A model generated the notes under the pieces. That model saw nothing but the letters and a program-made list of their open reading frames with translations. It did not search any database and had not been told where the DNA came from. Below, in pieces: positions 14,232-27,331 of a stretch of DNA of 64,000 nucleotides (positions are counted from its first letter, which is position 1; the number at the start of each line of letters is the position of its first letter). The stretch is from the NCBI GenBank assembly GCA_002269645.1, contig NIVC01000545.1, positions 124,001 through 188,000 on the forward strand, written 5' to 3'. Position numbers and translations under genes: made by a program. The DNA is from Macrostomum lignano (Eukaryota).

Positions 14232-14268
14232 ACCCTGACGAAGACCCTGTTTAGGTCGAAAATTCGGT
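14232..14268 (+). ncRNA. Minimal type I hammerhead ribozyme (dimer-type, Penelope-like/retrozyme style)
   Basis: ACC-CTGACGA-A-GACC[CTGTTTA]GGTC-GAA-AATT-C-GGT: full catalytic core, 4-bp stem II, stem I ACC/GGT, palindromic AATT stem III, UUC cleavage triplet. Confidence 0.75.
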
Positions 14269-14330
14269 TCTTTTCTTAGAATTAAAGAAGTTGTGAATTT
14301 GCTTCAACTGTGTGCGTGGTTTCATTTCGC

Positions 14331-14608
<278 letters not shown>

Positions 14609-14609
14609 G

Positions 14610-17576
14610 TTTCCGGTGATCTTGCGTGCGTGCATTCAGCTTGATTGGCTGCGGCTTCCGGGTACATGAATGCGATGGTAGCCACGTTAAACATTTCGTC
14701 AGCAATGTACACCTTACTGCAGTTGGCTCTGGCCACGTACAGGAGAGCTGTGTAGTCCGCCATGCAGGCTTCCTGTCCTTGAAATGTCTGGAAATGAAAA
14801 TGGATGAGCAAATATCTGATAATTATGTGCTCGTAGATACAGAGCAGTAAAGTTAAGAGGCTGAGGGCTGAATGAACCTGTTCAATGCACGCAGGGATAT
14901 TGTCCGACATCAGCATTTTGTCCGCAACTTGTCGATAAACGCCGCCGGTGCTCAAAGACAGCAGTGTGTATAAACCGGTTCCTCCAGGTACCAGCGGCTT
15001 AATGGCTGACTGAGCCACCAGATCGCTTAGCGTTTTTATGGGCAAATCTGTGAAGCTGATTGTCAGATGGGCAGTCAGGTCGCCTGCAAGTTTAACGAAA
15101 TGAGGATCCAACCTGCGACATTTCTGAGCTCAGCTTCCAGGTTTCCAAGGCCATCGAAGTCAAAATATTTGCAGCCCTCACCGGTGTAAGCTCCGAAAAT
15201 GATCACGCCGAAAATCCACCAGAAGGCCAGCACAGCTTTTGGAGACATGGCGAACGGATAGAAGTCCTGACCCTGGAAGCTGCCAACCACGCTTCAGATG
15301 TACTCCTGCAGCCAGATCTCATCCGCAAAGGCGAACTTCAGTCCCAGGTTGTAGGCGGTGAACGGAGAGAAGTAAGCCAGCACCCAGGTGATGGTGGCGG
15401 ATGCAAATATGAAAACAATGACCAGAATCCACACATCGTATTTGAACGGAGTGAAGACATTCCACAGCTTTGACATGGACGGAGGCCGGGGCACCAGAAT
15501 TCCACTTGAGAAGTCGACCACACTGTCGCGAATGGTGGTCTTAGTGAAGGTGGAACCTCAGATAGAAACAATCTGAAGGTTTTCAAACAGAAGGATGTTA
15601 CTAACTGTTCGATTGTAAATTTTTAAGTTGCACCTCCCAGTAAAACACTCACTCCTCTCTGTACTTCTCCGACGCGTCCGGAGAAGTAGCTCTTCCCCGC
15701 CTGCGGCCCGCCCCACTGGCTATCGTCAGGCACCTTCATTGTGTACCTAAGATGATTTGGTGAATCGGAAACTTTCATTGAAGAGCACCTAAAAATTTGG
15801 CAGATTTAACGGAAGAATTCACGCACCGAAAGTCCAAGCGCTTTGCGAGAATATCCAAGACGTCCTTAAGCATTCCACCCACAATCACAGTCTTGTTTGT
15901 AAAGGTTTGCCGGTAAATTTTGAAAGGGAAAATCTGAAATTACGAACATAAAAAGTTTTCAGTCTTCGAAAATTTGAGCAAACATAGTATCAAACGACGG
16001 CACAAAATTGACTCACTTCAGTGCTGCAGATATAAATAGTTTCGTTCTTAAATCCCAGGAAAGTGTTTAGGAACACGAGGTTAACGCCTTTCTCTCTGAA
16101 CAAAACGTTTAGCACTCCAGTCTGGTGTTGTACATTCCCGACTGAATGAACTGAATAGGCGATGTCATCTTCTGGTTGAAGCTGCCCACCACTTCAATGC
16201 CCTGCGAGTGGAAGTGGCCGGTGGTCGAGTTGAACGAGAGGATTGCAGGCAGCGTTGCTGACATTGAACGTCGACTCAGTGACCGCATCGTTTAGTGCCT
16301 TCGCCAGAGCCTCGACTGCATCAACAAATCGAGTGTCCAGTGTCTGTAATTGTCATTTCAGAATTACAAGCATTTCAGTTGTAAGATCATTTTTACAGTT
16401 TCACAAGTGTTTAAACACAAGCGTTTCACTGCTCACTCGGATCCAGTCTGTGTCGCAACTGTCGAACACGTCTCCCACAGGAGAGCGGAACATGATCCAG
16501 GAACGTTGATTCCCGTTGTGCCTCCTCTGACGAGAGCGACATTCGATTTCGAGATGATGTAGTGTCTTATCTGACCTTTTTTCGATTCCCGTATCGATGA
16601 TGAGCCAAAAGTAGTTCTGCTGCATCACCAGCGACGTGTTTGCGTGATCAATAATTGCGAAGACATTAGCTGGTTCGGCCAGCACCAACATGTGGAACAC
16701 CTTCTTTTTCAGAAGTCGAGTCATGTGCGCGTCGAGGTCGGTGACCAGAGCTCCGCTATTTGTGTCCACTTGGAATGTGAGCGAGCTGATTCCGTGTTTC
16801 GTAACGAGCTTTGTAAGTCTTGCAACACCATTATATCTGAAATCGATTTAGTGCACATAATTAGATAGGTCAGATATTTGAGTATCTGATTCTCATCATT
16901 AAGTACTGACTCTGCTTGCTGTCAAAGAATATGACCGCCTCAGATGCAGACTCTGCGGCTATTGTCTTCACCGCATTGACCATGTGTATCGGATCGTGCA
17001 TTCCGAAGACATTGTAGTCTGAAGTGAACCCGATTTTCAATCAAATCCCACTAGTGCTTAATGAGGTTAAATGCTCCTCGTAAATTCTGCAATTCTGGTT
17101 AAAGACTGAGACTTACCCGTAGACGAATATTGTTCTTTGCAGATCCCAGATGGAATCGAGATGAGTGGCAGCTGCATCGTCTTTGTGGCTGCCGAAATCT
17201 GCATCAGTGTACTGCACTGACCGACGGCAATCACGCCTGATAGGCCTGTCTGCTCACACACTGTGGGTAGGCCATGTACTTGGACAGACAATAGTCAGAC
17301 TCTAAAGACACATAAAATATGGTAGATTGCCACACTTACGAGCGTACTTGACTTGACGATCTGGGTAGCACTGCAGGAAGTGGCGTTGATCTCGACAAAG
17401 CTGATGCTGTGACCCGACAACACCCGCCCGTTTGAGCTGACTCGGTGGCTGAAGGTGTTGGCAATGAGAGAGCGATTCACCGCGCCATTCTCGACCACCA
17501 CGGCCACTTTGAAGTTCAAGGACAGCGAATGCGCAGCACACTGCAGCAGGATAAAGAAGAAAATCTCGGATTGCAT
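14610..17576 (-). pseudogene. Ionotropic glutamate receptor gene with lesions (ATD, S1, M1-M3 and part of S2 present; M4 not found)
   Basis: Signal peptide MQSEIFFFILLQCAAHS; S1 exons 15827-15933 and 15653-15746 (DILAKRLDFR|YTMKVPDDSQWG...GEVQRG); M1 LWNVFTPFKYDVW; M3 VLAFWWIFGVIIFGAYT|GDLTAHLT; S2 PIKTLSDLVAQ. In-frame TGA at 15294-15296, ~15557 and 16194-16196, plus apparent in-frame deletions (VDFS^SGIL, GSF^QGQ). Confidence 0.8.
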
Positions 17577-20512
17577 TTGGCGGCTTTGAAACTTTTTTTC
17601 AAAGTTTCCCAGCTGAAACTTTTCCATTTACTTTCGAGAATCTCTTGCTACTGTCACAGTTTCCTTACTCTTTCGCACCAATGTGGGCTATACTATTAAT
17701 CACCGAAAAGTGTTAAGCGACTCAGATTTCAATCGTTAGTGGTGAGGAATTCTGATTGGCTATTAAATTGTTTTTTGCTGCTAAACTGCCCGATTTCCAT
17801 TTAGGCGCCATCCAGTCATTGAAGAAATTCTAGAACCAAATGCCGTACCTTGCGCAAGACACCTTCAACCCCTCGCAAACTGCCCATAAAAGTTTACCTG
17901 GGTGTCACTTTTCGCGTCATAATAATTAGCTTAGCTAAACAATAACCCCCCCCCCTAAAACCTTCGGTCAAGTAGAATGGTAATTTCCTTGTATCGAAGG
18001 TGCAACACGCCACAAAGCCAATCCAGTGAGGCCTGTATGTTTGCTGCAAGGGATGTCAATAGGATTCCCTGGGATGCCAGACAGAAATATCAACCTGAGG
18101 GCGGAGTTATTCACGGACAACTAAAATAGCACCCACCAGTCGCGCGTGCATTTATTGCGAATCAAGACGAATATTAAGTTTTGTTTAGGACTTTACGAAT
18201 TTCGTGATTATTCTAGCCAAAGTGTGTTCAGGTCAGGAAGTGCATGTAGACGAAGGAACGGTTGTACCAATCGGCCGTTCGTGGTCCGGTTCACTGTAAA
18301 AGGCACCGAACTCGATTTCGGCAGGTGCAGATGCAGATGCAGCAGTCATTGTTCTCTTAATTTTCTGCGCCGGTTGCAGGTGGCTTGTTTTGTTAGTTAT
18401 TTGTTAGTTGTTTGTTAGTTGAAAAATCGATGGAATGGCTCCTGGATGCAGCCGCCTTTCGCACATTTGCTAAGAGACCTTAAATTGCTCAACGAAGCAA
18501 GATGGAGAGAAGTCCATTCTCTCTATTCTATATGGTCAACAGATGGTCTGTGGAGGCATAGATATATATAGAATATAGACTGCGAATCTCGGGGGCTGCC
18601 CAGGCTCGTTGTGGGACAAAAAAGCAATACAAAAATTGGTCCTTCGCCCACTGCCCCTTTCGATAGATATGTGGAACAAAAATTAGTTAATAGAGAGGAC
18701 AGATTGAAGAGAAGTAGAGAATAGAAGAGAAGAAGGAAAAAAATTCTTGCATATTGAAACTGTGATTCCACTGGTATAAGTTTGAAAATGGTACCGGTTT
18801 TATTCACACTGGGTAAACTGTATTCAATATCTAATACGTAAAACCCACAGTTCGCCCAAACGTTTTCCCACTGGGATTACGAAATGAAACTTTATGTATA
18901 CTCAGCAACATTAAAAAGTCGCCACCCTATGCGCCAGTGAGCAATTTCACTTGGACTATTCTGAAATAGAAGATACGAGAAAACCGATCGGGGTAGCGTT
19001 ATCCAACCCTCGCACACCGCTCCCCCAGGTCCACGGAATTTCCGCGGCTTTCCCTTCGGCAGAGTTTTGCTATCCTTACTACTGTTTTACCCTAATCAAG
19101 CTAAGGTCTAGTTGCAACTGCACAACCCTTAATTAACAGAAAATTTTCCCAAACGTGTTTGCCATCGTCGGATGCAACAGCCAGCAATTATATGACACGG
19201 CCGAGATCCACTGCCCGATGAATGAGCGGCATGTGGACGCTCGTGTCCTCCCGACTGTCGGCTGCCCCTATTAGACACTTTTGTGATTGGCCAGTCGGTG
19301 TACGCATTGTACTACTATCTGAATTTTCAGTGTGATCTGGTAAATAAGACAGAATGCTGATGTGATAGCTTTATCAACTGAGGCAGTAGTGTTGCATTGT
19401 AGGAGTAAGAAAGTGCGCGAGAGCTTAGCTGAATGTGTTGATTAGTTGGCACTGAGGCGGTTGGTGCAGACAGATAACAAGTGCGCATGGGGTCAAGGAA
19501 TACTAAAGTGCGTAGAAGGACACAACACGCGAAATCTATGGGATGAGGCGGAAGGCCTTTTAGTTTCAATAGATGGAATGGCAGCGAAGATTTTGCACTG
19601 CATTGCGCGTTTATTTATACAAGTGAAAACAGCGCGAGATTATTGAGGGTCCGAGGGAGGTGCGCACATGTGGAGTGGCGTGATTGGCTACGCCAACCCC
19701 CTGGCTTAGCGAGCCGGCTAGCGCGGTGCGCCACCACCCCACCTCAGCTAGACAGAGGTTGGCGGGGGGGGGGGTTTCCAGTGCGGCTGCACTGGTGCTG
19801 CCGGTCGCATAGTCTGGCCGCCACAGGGAAATATTTTGAAGGTCACTTTACCAAACAATGTCACTTTTGAATGGATGCACGTGGAGATGTCTTTTCTCGC
19901 TGGGACCATCGAAATTTATTCCCCTTTAGGATAAAATAGCATTCGCGGCTTTTGCTCTAACTCTTCGAGGGGTTCGATTGGCCGAGTAGAATCTGTAAAC
20001 AATATAAATAAATGTTAGTTGCAAAGCGTTAGCATCCAGCTAAATGTTTATCTAAAGTGGCCTTCAAAACTTTTTCCATGAAACGTGAGTTGTCGCGTCC
20101 TGTATATATTTCGCTTTAGTTGTCCTTGTATGGGCTGGGGTTTAATACTCGGGAAAAAATCGGGTCCCTCTGGAAATCTGGCACGTGCAGACAGGATCTG
20201 CGTGCGTTATTGTTTTGCCTGATTGCGGAATTGAGGAATGCAGATTACCGAATTGAAAGGATAGCTGATTCATGTAGCCAGACAGTAGCTATAAAAAATC
20301 AAAAAATATTTATAGTGTCTAGGGTAGAATTTTATCTACAATATAGAAAAAAGTTTATTATGTTCTATGGCAATTCATTTCGTATCATTCACATGTGGCA
20401 TCTAGTGTTTTTCAAGTATTACAAGGAAGCAAGTCGCCTTTGGCCTAGATGACTGAATGACAGACGGAGGAGTTCACAATTGTTGGCAGTAAAATCATTA
20501 GACTAATCTGCC

Positions 20513-23500
20513 ATGAATCAATATCCAAGAAGCGACCACAGCGATGGCAATGGTTTTGGCAAACAATTTTATATCATTCAGGAGACAGTTTCAGAAAATC
20601 TTAACAATCGTGAACAAGAGCCAGTCTCAAACGGCGTCATTACCGAGTCAGCACCAGACAATCTGAACGCAAGTGAACAAGAGCCAGCCTCAAACGGCGT
20701 CATTACCGAGTCAGCACCAGACAATCTGAACGCAATTGAACAAGAGCCAGCCTCAAACGGCGTCATTACCGAGTCACAACCAGACAATCTGAACGCAAGT
20801 GAACAAGAGCCAGCCTCAAACGGCGTCATTACCGAGTCACAACCAGACAATCTGAACGCAAGTGAACAAGAGCCAGCCTCAAACGGCGTCATTACCGAGT
20901 CAGCACCAGACAATCTGAACGCAATTGAACAAGAGCCAGCCTCAAACGGCGTCATTACCGAGTCAGCACCAGACAATCTGAACGCAAGTGAACAAGAGCC
21001 AGCCTCAAACGGCGTCATTACCGAGTCACAACCAGACAATCTGAACGCAAGTGAACAAGAGCCAGCCTCAAACGGCGTCATTACCGAGTCAGCACCAGAC
21101 AATCTGAACGCAATTGAACAAGAGCCAGCCTCAAACGGCGTCATTACCGAGTCAGCACCAGACAATCTGAACGCAAATGAACAAGAGCCAGCCTCAAACG
21201 GCGTCATTACCGAGTCACAACCAGACAATCTGAACGCAATTGAACAAGAGCCAGCCTCAAACGGCGTCATTACCGAGTCACAACCAGACAATCTGAACGC
21301 AAGTGAACAAGAGCCAGCCTCAAACGGCGTCACTACCGAGTCACAACCAGACAATCTGAGCGCAAGTGAACAAGAGCCAGCCTCACACGGTGTCATTACC
21401 GCGTCAGCACCAGACAATCTGAACGCAAGTGAACAAGAGCCAGCCTCAAACGGCGTCATTACCGAGTCAGCACCAGACAATCTGAACGCAAGTGAACAAG
21501 AGCCAGCCTCAAACGGCGTCATTACCGAGTCACAACCAGACAATCTGAACGCAATTGAACAAGAGCCAGCCTCAAACGGCGTCATTACCGAGTCAGCACC
21601 AGACAATCTGAACGCAATTGAACAAGAGCCAGCCTCAAACGGCGTCATTACCGAGTCAGCACCAGACAGTCTGAACGCAAGTGAACAAGAGCCAGCGTCA
21701 AATTTCATTCAGAAGTCAGTACGAAATAACCTTCCGGATCATGGTGTCACCTTTCAACATTCACCAAAGTTGTCAATTTTTACGGATGTTCTTACCAAAT
21801 CATGCGATGTCCTGCCGCCAAGTATAAAGGATGAAAGAACAGAAAAGTCTCTCGATATTTCCGACTCTATATTCGAGCAGTCTCACATACAAAGTACAAA
21901 CGCTACTGAGAAAAGTAATATTTTGCAAAGAGCCTTTCCTAAGCTGACGCAGATGCTAATGTCTAATCAGCTGGAGCCCCGGATGCATCAGCTGGTGCAG
22001 GAGTACATCACTACTGAATGGGACACTGACTGGCTATCTGCAGACCTATCGTTCTTCAACACCTACACGGTTGTATTGGTGGATTCAGGCGAGACTAGGC
22101 AAGTTAGTCCTCAATTGCTCAGCTTGCACAGCACCTATTTCAAAGCAGCATTCCAGCATTCTCAATCAACGTGAGTACTGAATTCCGGAATACTTCTAAG
22201 GTACTCAAAGTGTAAACACCTAATAGAGAGATTTTAATAAAGTTAAGACTACTCTGCACTGTTTTGGGCAACAGCATGTTGAAATTTTAGGCTATGCGCG
22301 CTATTCTAAAAGAATGATATTGCCGCCTTGTGGTGTCAAACTACCCACCTCGCTCCAGGACCTTAAACGTCTGTCTGGGCTCAATGGCACATCTCGAGCC
22401 GCATGTCAGGGCCATCATTGACTCGATAAACAGCCCTGACGATCAGCTAGACATCACAGTGGAGAACTATCTCGAAATTTTTTTAGCCTCTGACTTTCTC
22501 GGATGCAATCAGCTGCAGGACCGCTGTGTGCAGCTTATGAAGTGCGTATTTGCCCACAACGCCGTGGAGGCTCTCAGAGCTTTTCACTCTCTTTTCAAAT
22601 ACTTTTCTTACGAATCGTATAAAGTCTGTCTGAAGCCGATACTAAGAAATATTAACAAGCTGAACCATGATGGATATCTGCAGCGCTTGGAAGTAGATGA
22701 GCTGGAATATTTGCTCATGCACGACATGCTGAACTGCAAGATTGAACTCGACGTAAGCACCTTAATACTTTTAGATTATTGCTTGCTTAAATCAGTCTCC
22801 GTGTGGTTTAGAATCTAAAAAAGCGTGAAACATTTGGCAGGTATTGCGAATAATCGACCGGTGGATGCATTATCGGCGTAAGGTTCCGGATGCGGAAATC
22901 TCACCGCAGCTGGACCGCCTGATGTGCTGCGTCAGATCCAAGAAGTTGACTGTTTGCGAGAAGATTTATTGTCGAAAGAAGTTGCCGCTGACTACGAAGT
23001 CCATTTACAAAGGGCTTATTACAAAAAACGCGGACTCTTTTGGTGACTTCTTTCAGCGTTACAATCGGAAAGTGCATAAAGAGTCCGAGGAAAGGCAGCC
23101 TCACCAAGTGGTTTTGCTGCTTATCTGCTGCTCCATCAACGAGTCAGTAATATCTCAAGGCATTCCCCGAAGCCAGCCGCTTGCCCATTGCATGTACGTC
23201 AATCCCTACAATGGAAAGCTACTGGATGGCCCGCCAGATGGTCGAAAGTGAGTTTTGTTGTCCACGCAAATCTTCCATTTTTTCTCAAGGGAATTCTAGG
23301 TCATTTCGCACTTAGATTGTACTCGTAAATTACCTTTTCATTTTACGAGCATACGTGAGTTTTTTTGATTTGCAATATTTTTCACTAGTGATCTTTATAT
23401 GCACGAGCTCATTATAGCTGCGGCATAGTTGTACTCGTACTTTTACTTTCTGGCTTGTCAAGCAGTTGCATTAGAAGGCTTTGCATCTTCCCTCCTCAAC

Positions 23501-26500
23501 CAACACCAAAAACAGACAGGGATGTCAGGATCATAAAAACTGAAGCGGACACGCTTGTCCCTTACTAAATTAGTTAACTGTACTTTAAAGTTTATTGTCA
23601 ACTCGAAAACAGTAGTAGCAGGGCGCTTTACATGCAATAACAACATCAAACGACGATCGTCACGATCATGGTAGACGCGCTATCCATGCTTCGCTCGCTT
23701 CCACCGACGATTGGAAGACAATTAAGTCACGCAGTAACAGTCAGGACGCGGGACAGCAACCGCAGCAGCCTTCGCCACTTCAACTGCAACGTTCGACTGA
23801 CTCCACATCCGACTACTACTAATGCCAAGGCCGGCAGCAATCCGCTCGTCGCTCCACGCTCCAGACTTAGGCGGCAGTTGCACAGGTGCTGCTGATGCAG
23901 CAACAGCGGCTGCAAGATTTCACCAAGCCATTCTACTAATTTGCGTTCCACTGATTTGCAATGCTCGCCTCATTCGCTTAAAATTCTCAACAAAATACAG
24001 CTCCACCATTTATGCGTGTATGAAGTAACCTTATCCCGAACCTCAATGTATGGAGGTTAGGATTAGGGTTAGAAACGGCCTTTCTTTACCGCATCGACCA
24101 CTCTGTCATTATCGACGTTAATACATTTGAAGCACTTCGAAGCTTTGCTCTCAACAAGTCACGAGCCCTCGACTCATGCTAACCCAACGCCTACGAGCTG
24201 CCAAGGTCTGCCCGTGTCATTCAATCCAACTGTGCCAACGCCCAGGAGAAGAAAAATGCCCCTCTCGGCGCCTCCTTTCTATCCACTGCGGCTTTGCATC
24301 CGATCTAGACAGGCTATCGAGAACTAAAAAAACGTTTTTCTTCTGGCCACAAGCCAGCCGTCCGTCAGAACCGTCTGTACATGTAGATTGTAGACGATCT
24401 ATAAAGTCGTACCCTGCTTGAACTCCTGTCAAAGATCACGCTGCCATGGATTTGTCCCAGCTTCAGTGCCATCTGGATTTCTAGGTTAAGACACTACAAG
24501 CTACCTGGAACGGCATACTCATTGCTTGACTCCCCTTGAAAGACTTTTAAAGACTTACTTGACTCTTATAGCAGTTATCGTTTAGCCCACTTTTCATGTG
24601 AGCTTATGGTACTTTTGAAACAATCGTGACAAAGGAAGAACGATACAAGCGTAAGCCCCAACGACGGGAAGCAACCGCGACAGCAACCTCGCTCTCCAAG
24701 CAAATATAAGCCAGAAGCTAGAGCTTTTTTTCCTTACTACAACATACGCACATAACATACTTTGATATAATCTGTAGTTCATCATCAACTTGAAAGGTGG
24801 AAACACGTTCAAGTGAAAGCATTAGAGGAGCAAACGTACGAGCCTACTGCAATCATTCGATAATTGTACTTTAATTCAATGAAATATGATTGTATTGCTA
24901 TTCGGGAGATAATTGATTGCGCACATACAAGATTTTCATTTTTAGTATATAGGAAATCAGTATCTTTCTAATCCGATTTTGCCAATGCTAAATCTACAGT
25001 GTAAACATCTTTTCATGCTATTTCTTGTATTTTTTATCACTCGTACCTCGCCTAAATTTAGCTCGCAACATAACAATAGTGGGGCTTGTAATTGCGACTA
25101 ACTGCACATCATGTAGGCAATTATTGTTCTGTCTGACAAATATAATGCTCAGCTTGCTACTTTGCTCGATCTCCTCTCATCTTGACCTATGATCAGGGTG
25201 AGTCACGTGGTCGACCCAGAGTTCGTGTTGGTGCCCTACCATCTCAGGGAAGAAGGATCTCGAGCGAAAATCTTCTGCGTAGCCGCTGGCAACAATATTT
25301 ACGTGGTCGGCGGCATCTGGGCCTTAAATATACAGCGAAAGGTGCTGCGCTTCGACCGCCAGGAGCCCCAGCTGGGCTGGAGAGTGTGCTCGCAGCTCAA
25401 CGAGGCTCGAATTGGTCACTGCTGCACAGTGGTGCAGGGCTACCTCTACGCAATCGGAGGATGCATTAGTAGTCAAACCGAACTAGCAAGCGTCGAGAGG
25501 TTCCCTATTGATAAAAACTCGAACAGATGGTCCCTGGTGGAGCAGATGCTGTATATGCGAAAGGACGCCGCGGCGGTGGAGCATCGAGGACGCGTATTTG
25601 TCATTGGCGGCATCGCCGGCCTGAAAAAGCATGACACGGCCGAGATCTACTGTCCGATGAGCAACGCGTGGACGCTCGTGCCCTCCAGAATGTCAAAGCC
25701 GCGCTGCCTACTGGGCGCTGTTGTGATTGGCCAGTCTGTGTACGCGGTGGGCGGCAAGTACTACTCCGAATGCTTGCGGTCGGTCGAGCGCTGGCAGGAG
25801 GGCAGCGGCTGGCATCGACTCAGTCAAAAGGTGCGCCTATTGCAGAGGGAGTCCCCATTAAAACGCGAATAGCATAAACTTAGCGAAAGAGAGATTAAGG
25901 GCAGTAAACCAAGCGTACAAGTCATTTTACCTAAACTGTCGTCTATTGTTTGTTACGCGCACTGAGTCCTTTCTGGCCAGCGTCCTTGCTGGCAAGCCTC
26001 CAAGATCTGGGGCTCCAGGACGCTAATGCACCAGTCACCTTGAGCTACATGTAGGTGCCTAGAAGCCTACTGTCTGTAAGCCTCTTCTTGACTGCATCTT
26101 GATCTGCGTCACGGCCTCAGGCTGAAACTGGGTTTCCCAGTTTACCACCTGTAACTACCTGACTGGGTTGGATCACGGACTACTTAAGTCTATCTACTAG
26201 TGGTCCTTGGGTTGGATTTTAGGTTACGGTTTAGCTTGAGACTAAGGTTGGAAGTCAATTTTTTATTGTGAAATTTAGATAGGCAAAGTTAGTGTACCTG
26301 GCCCTTCAAGTTGAATTCCGAACGTTTATCCCTGACACAGATGGATCGAGACATTTGCTCATTGGGCTGCGTGGCCGTCGATGAGAGAATTCTCATGTTC
26401 GGCGGGCTCGATTCTTTCAATACCAAAATAGACCGCATCAATTTCTTGGACATCGAGGACGCAGCTGCCGGCTCTGGCAAGCTGTTGGATGCGCGACGGA

Positions 26501-26586
26501 AAGCGCTGAAGCAGCGCTTTTCAGACCAGCTGATCCCCGGAGATGTGCAGGGACTGTCGGCCTGCGTTCTGGACTTTGACTTTTAG
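20513..26586 (+). CDS. BTB-BACK-Kelch protein paralogue 2 with an N-terminal acidic repeat extension (predicted exons 20513-22170, 22359-22752, 22841-23247, 25197-25830, 26341-26586)
   Basis: DWLSADLSFFNTY...LHSTYFKAAF aligns with gene 1 exon 1; ITVENYLEIFLASDFLGCNQLQDRC; LNCKIELD|VLRIIDRW; Kelch blades IYVVGG, LYAIGG, VFVIGG, VYAVGG, LMFGG. Splice phases 2,0,2,0 are consistent. Confidence 0.85.
20612..21700 (+). repeat. Coding 63-bp tandem repeat (21 aa EQEPASNGVITESAPDNLNAS), 17 full copies plus a partial
   Basis: Counted from the 553-aa ORF; GAACAAGAG recurs at 20612 and 20675. Confidence 0.97.
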
Positions 26587-26867
26587 GCTGGTCAGACAGT
26601 GCCGAACGTTTTTGATGCGATAATTTTATATATTTTGTTTTAATATTGCTTTTCAACGGACACCGAGTGCATCTGGCATTTTGTATTGTACTGTAATGCC
26701 AAATATTATTCAAGTGTATTATAGGCTTCCAAAATTATAATGTAGACTGGGTCTTCCAGGCTAACCTTCCGAGCAAAAGGGATTTTATGTGCAATAAGAA
26801 ATTATAATGGATTAAAAAATTAGCCTACATCAAGTTATGTGCGTTTGCAAGCTCAATATCAATACCT

Positions 26868-27170
26868 GAGTCTGCTTGCCTACCCTCTTGAGTCTGCTTG
26901 CCTACTCTCTTGAGTCTGCTTGCCTACTCTCTTGAGTCTGCTTGCCTACTCTCTTGAGTCTGCTTGCCTACTCTCTTGAGTCTGCTTGCCTACTCTCTTG
27001 AGTCTGCTTGCCTACTCTCTTGAGTCTGCTTGCCTACCCTCTTGAATCTGCTTGCCTACCTACTCTCTTGAGTCTGCTTGCCTACCTACTCTCTTGAGTC
27101 TGCTTGCCTACCCTCTTGAGTCTGCTTGCCTACTCTCTTGAGTCTGCTTGCCTACCCTCTTGAATCTGCA
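26868..27170. repeat. 22-bp tandem repeat
   Basis: Unit GAGTCTGCTTGCCTACTCTCTT. Confidence 0.95.
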
Positions 27171-27331
27171 TCCCTATTCTTCTCTCTCACTCAGGACCAC
27201 CATGGTATAACGTGACGTAAAACTCAAAGATCGCGTAATTAATTCAGCGTTCGATTTCCTGGAGAAATACACTGCGAAGATATAAGAAAACATATTTTTT
27301 TCATCACACAATCCGTGATCTGGGGGCAGTA

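Noticed and set aside
15294-16196. Selenocysteine or alternative genetic code explanation for the iGluR TGAs
   Set aside because: Trp is TGG elsewhere in the same gene, TGA terminates other genes in the window, and the positions are not Cys sites. Accompanying deletions point to decay.
20578-21708. 376-aa antisense ORF over the Kelch repeat
   Set aside because: It is a mirror of the 63-bp coding repeat; the sense frame continues into BTB sequence while this one leads nowhere.
23700-23950. Possible nested antisense exon in the long intron of Kelch gene 2
   Set aside because: It is GC-rich and open in some frames, but I found no convincing donor, partner exon or recognisable motif.
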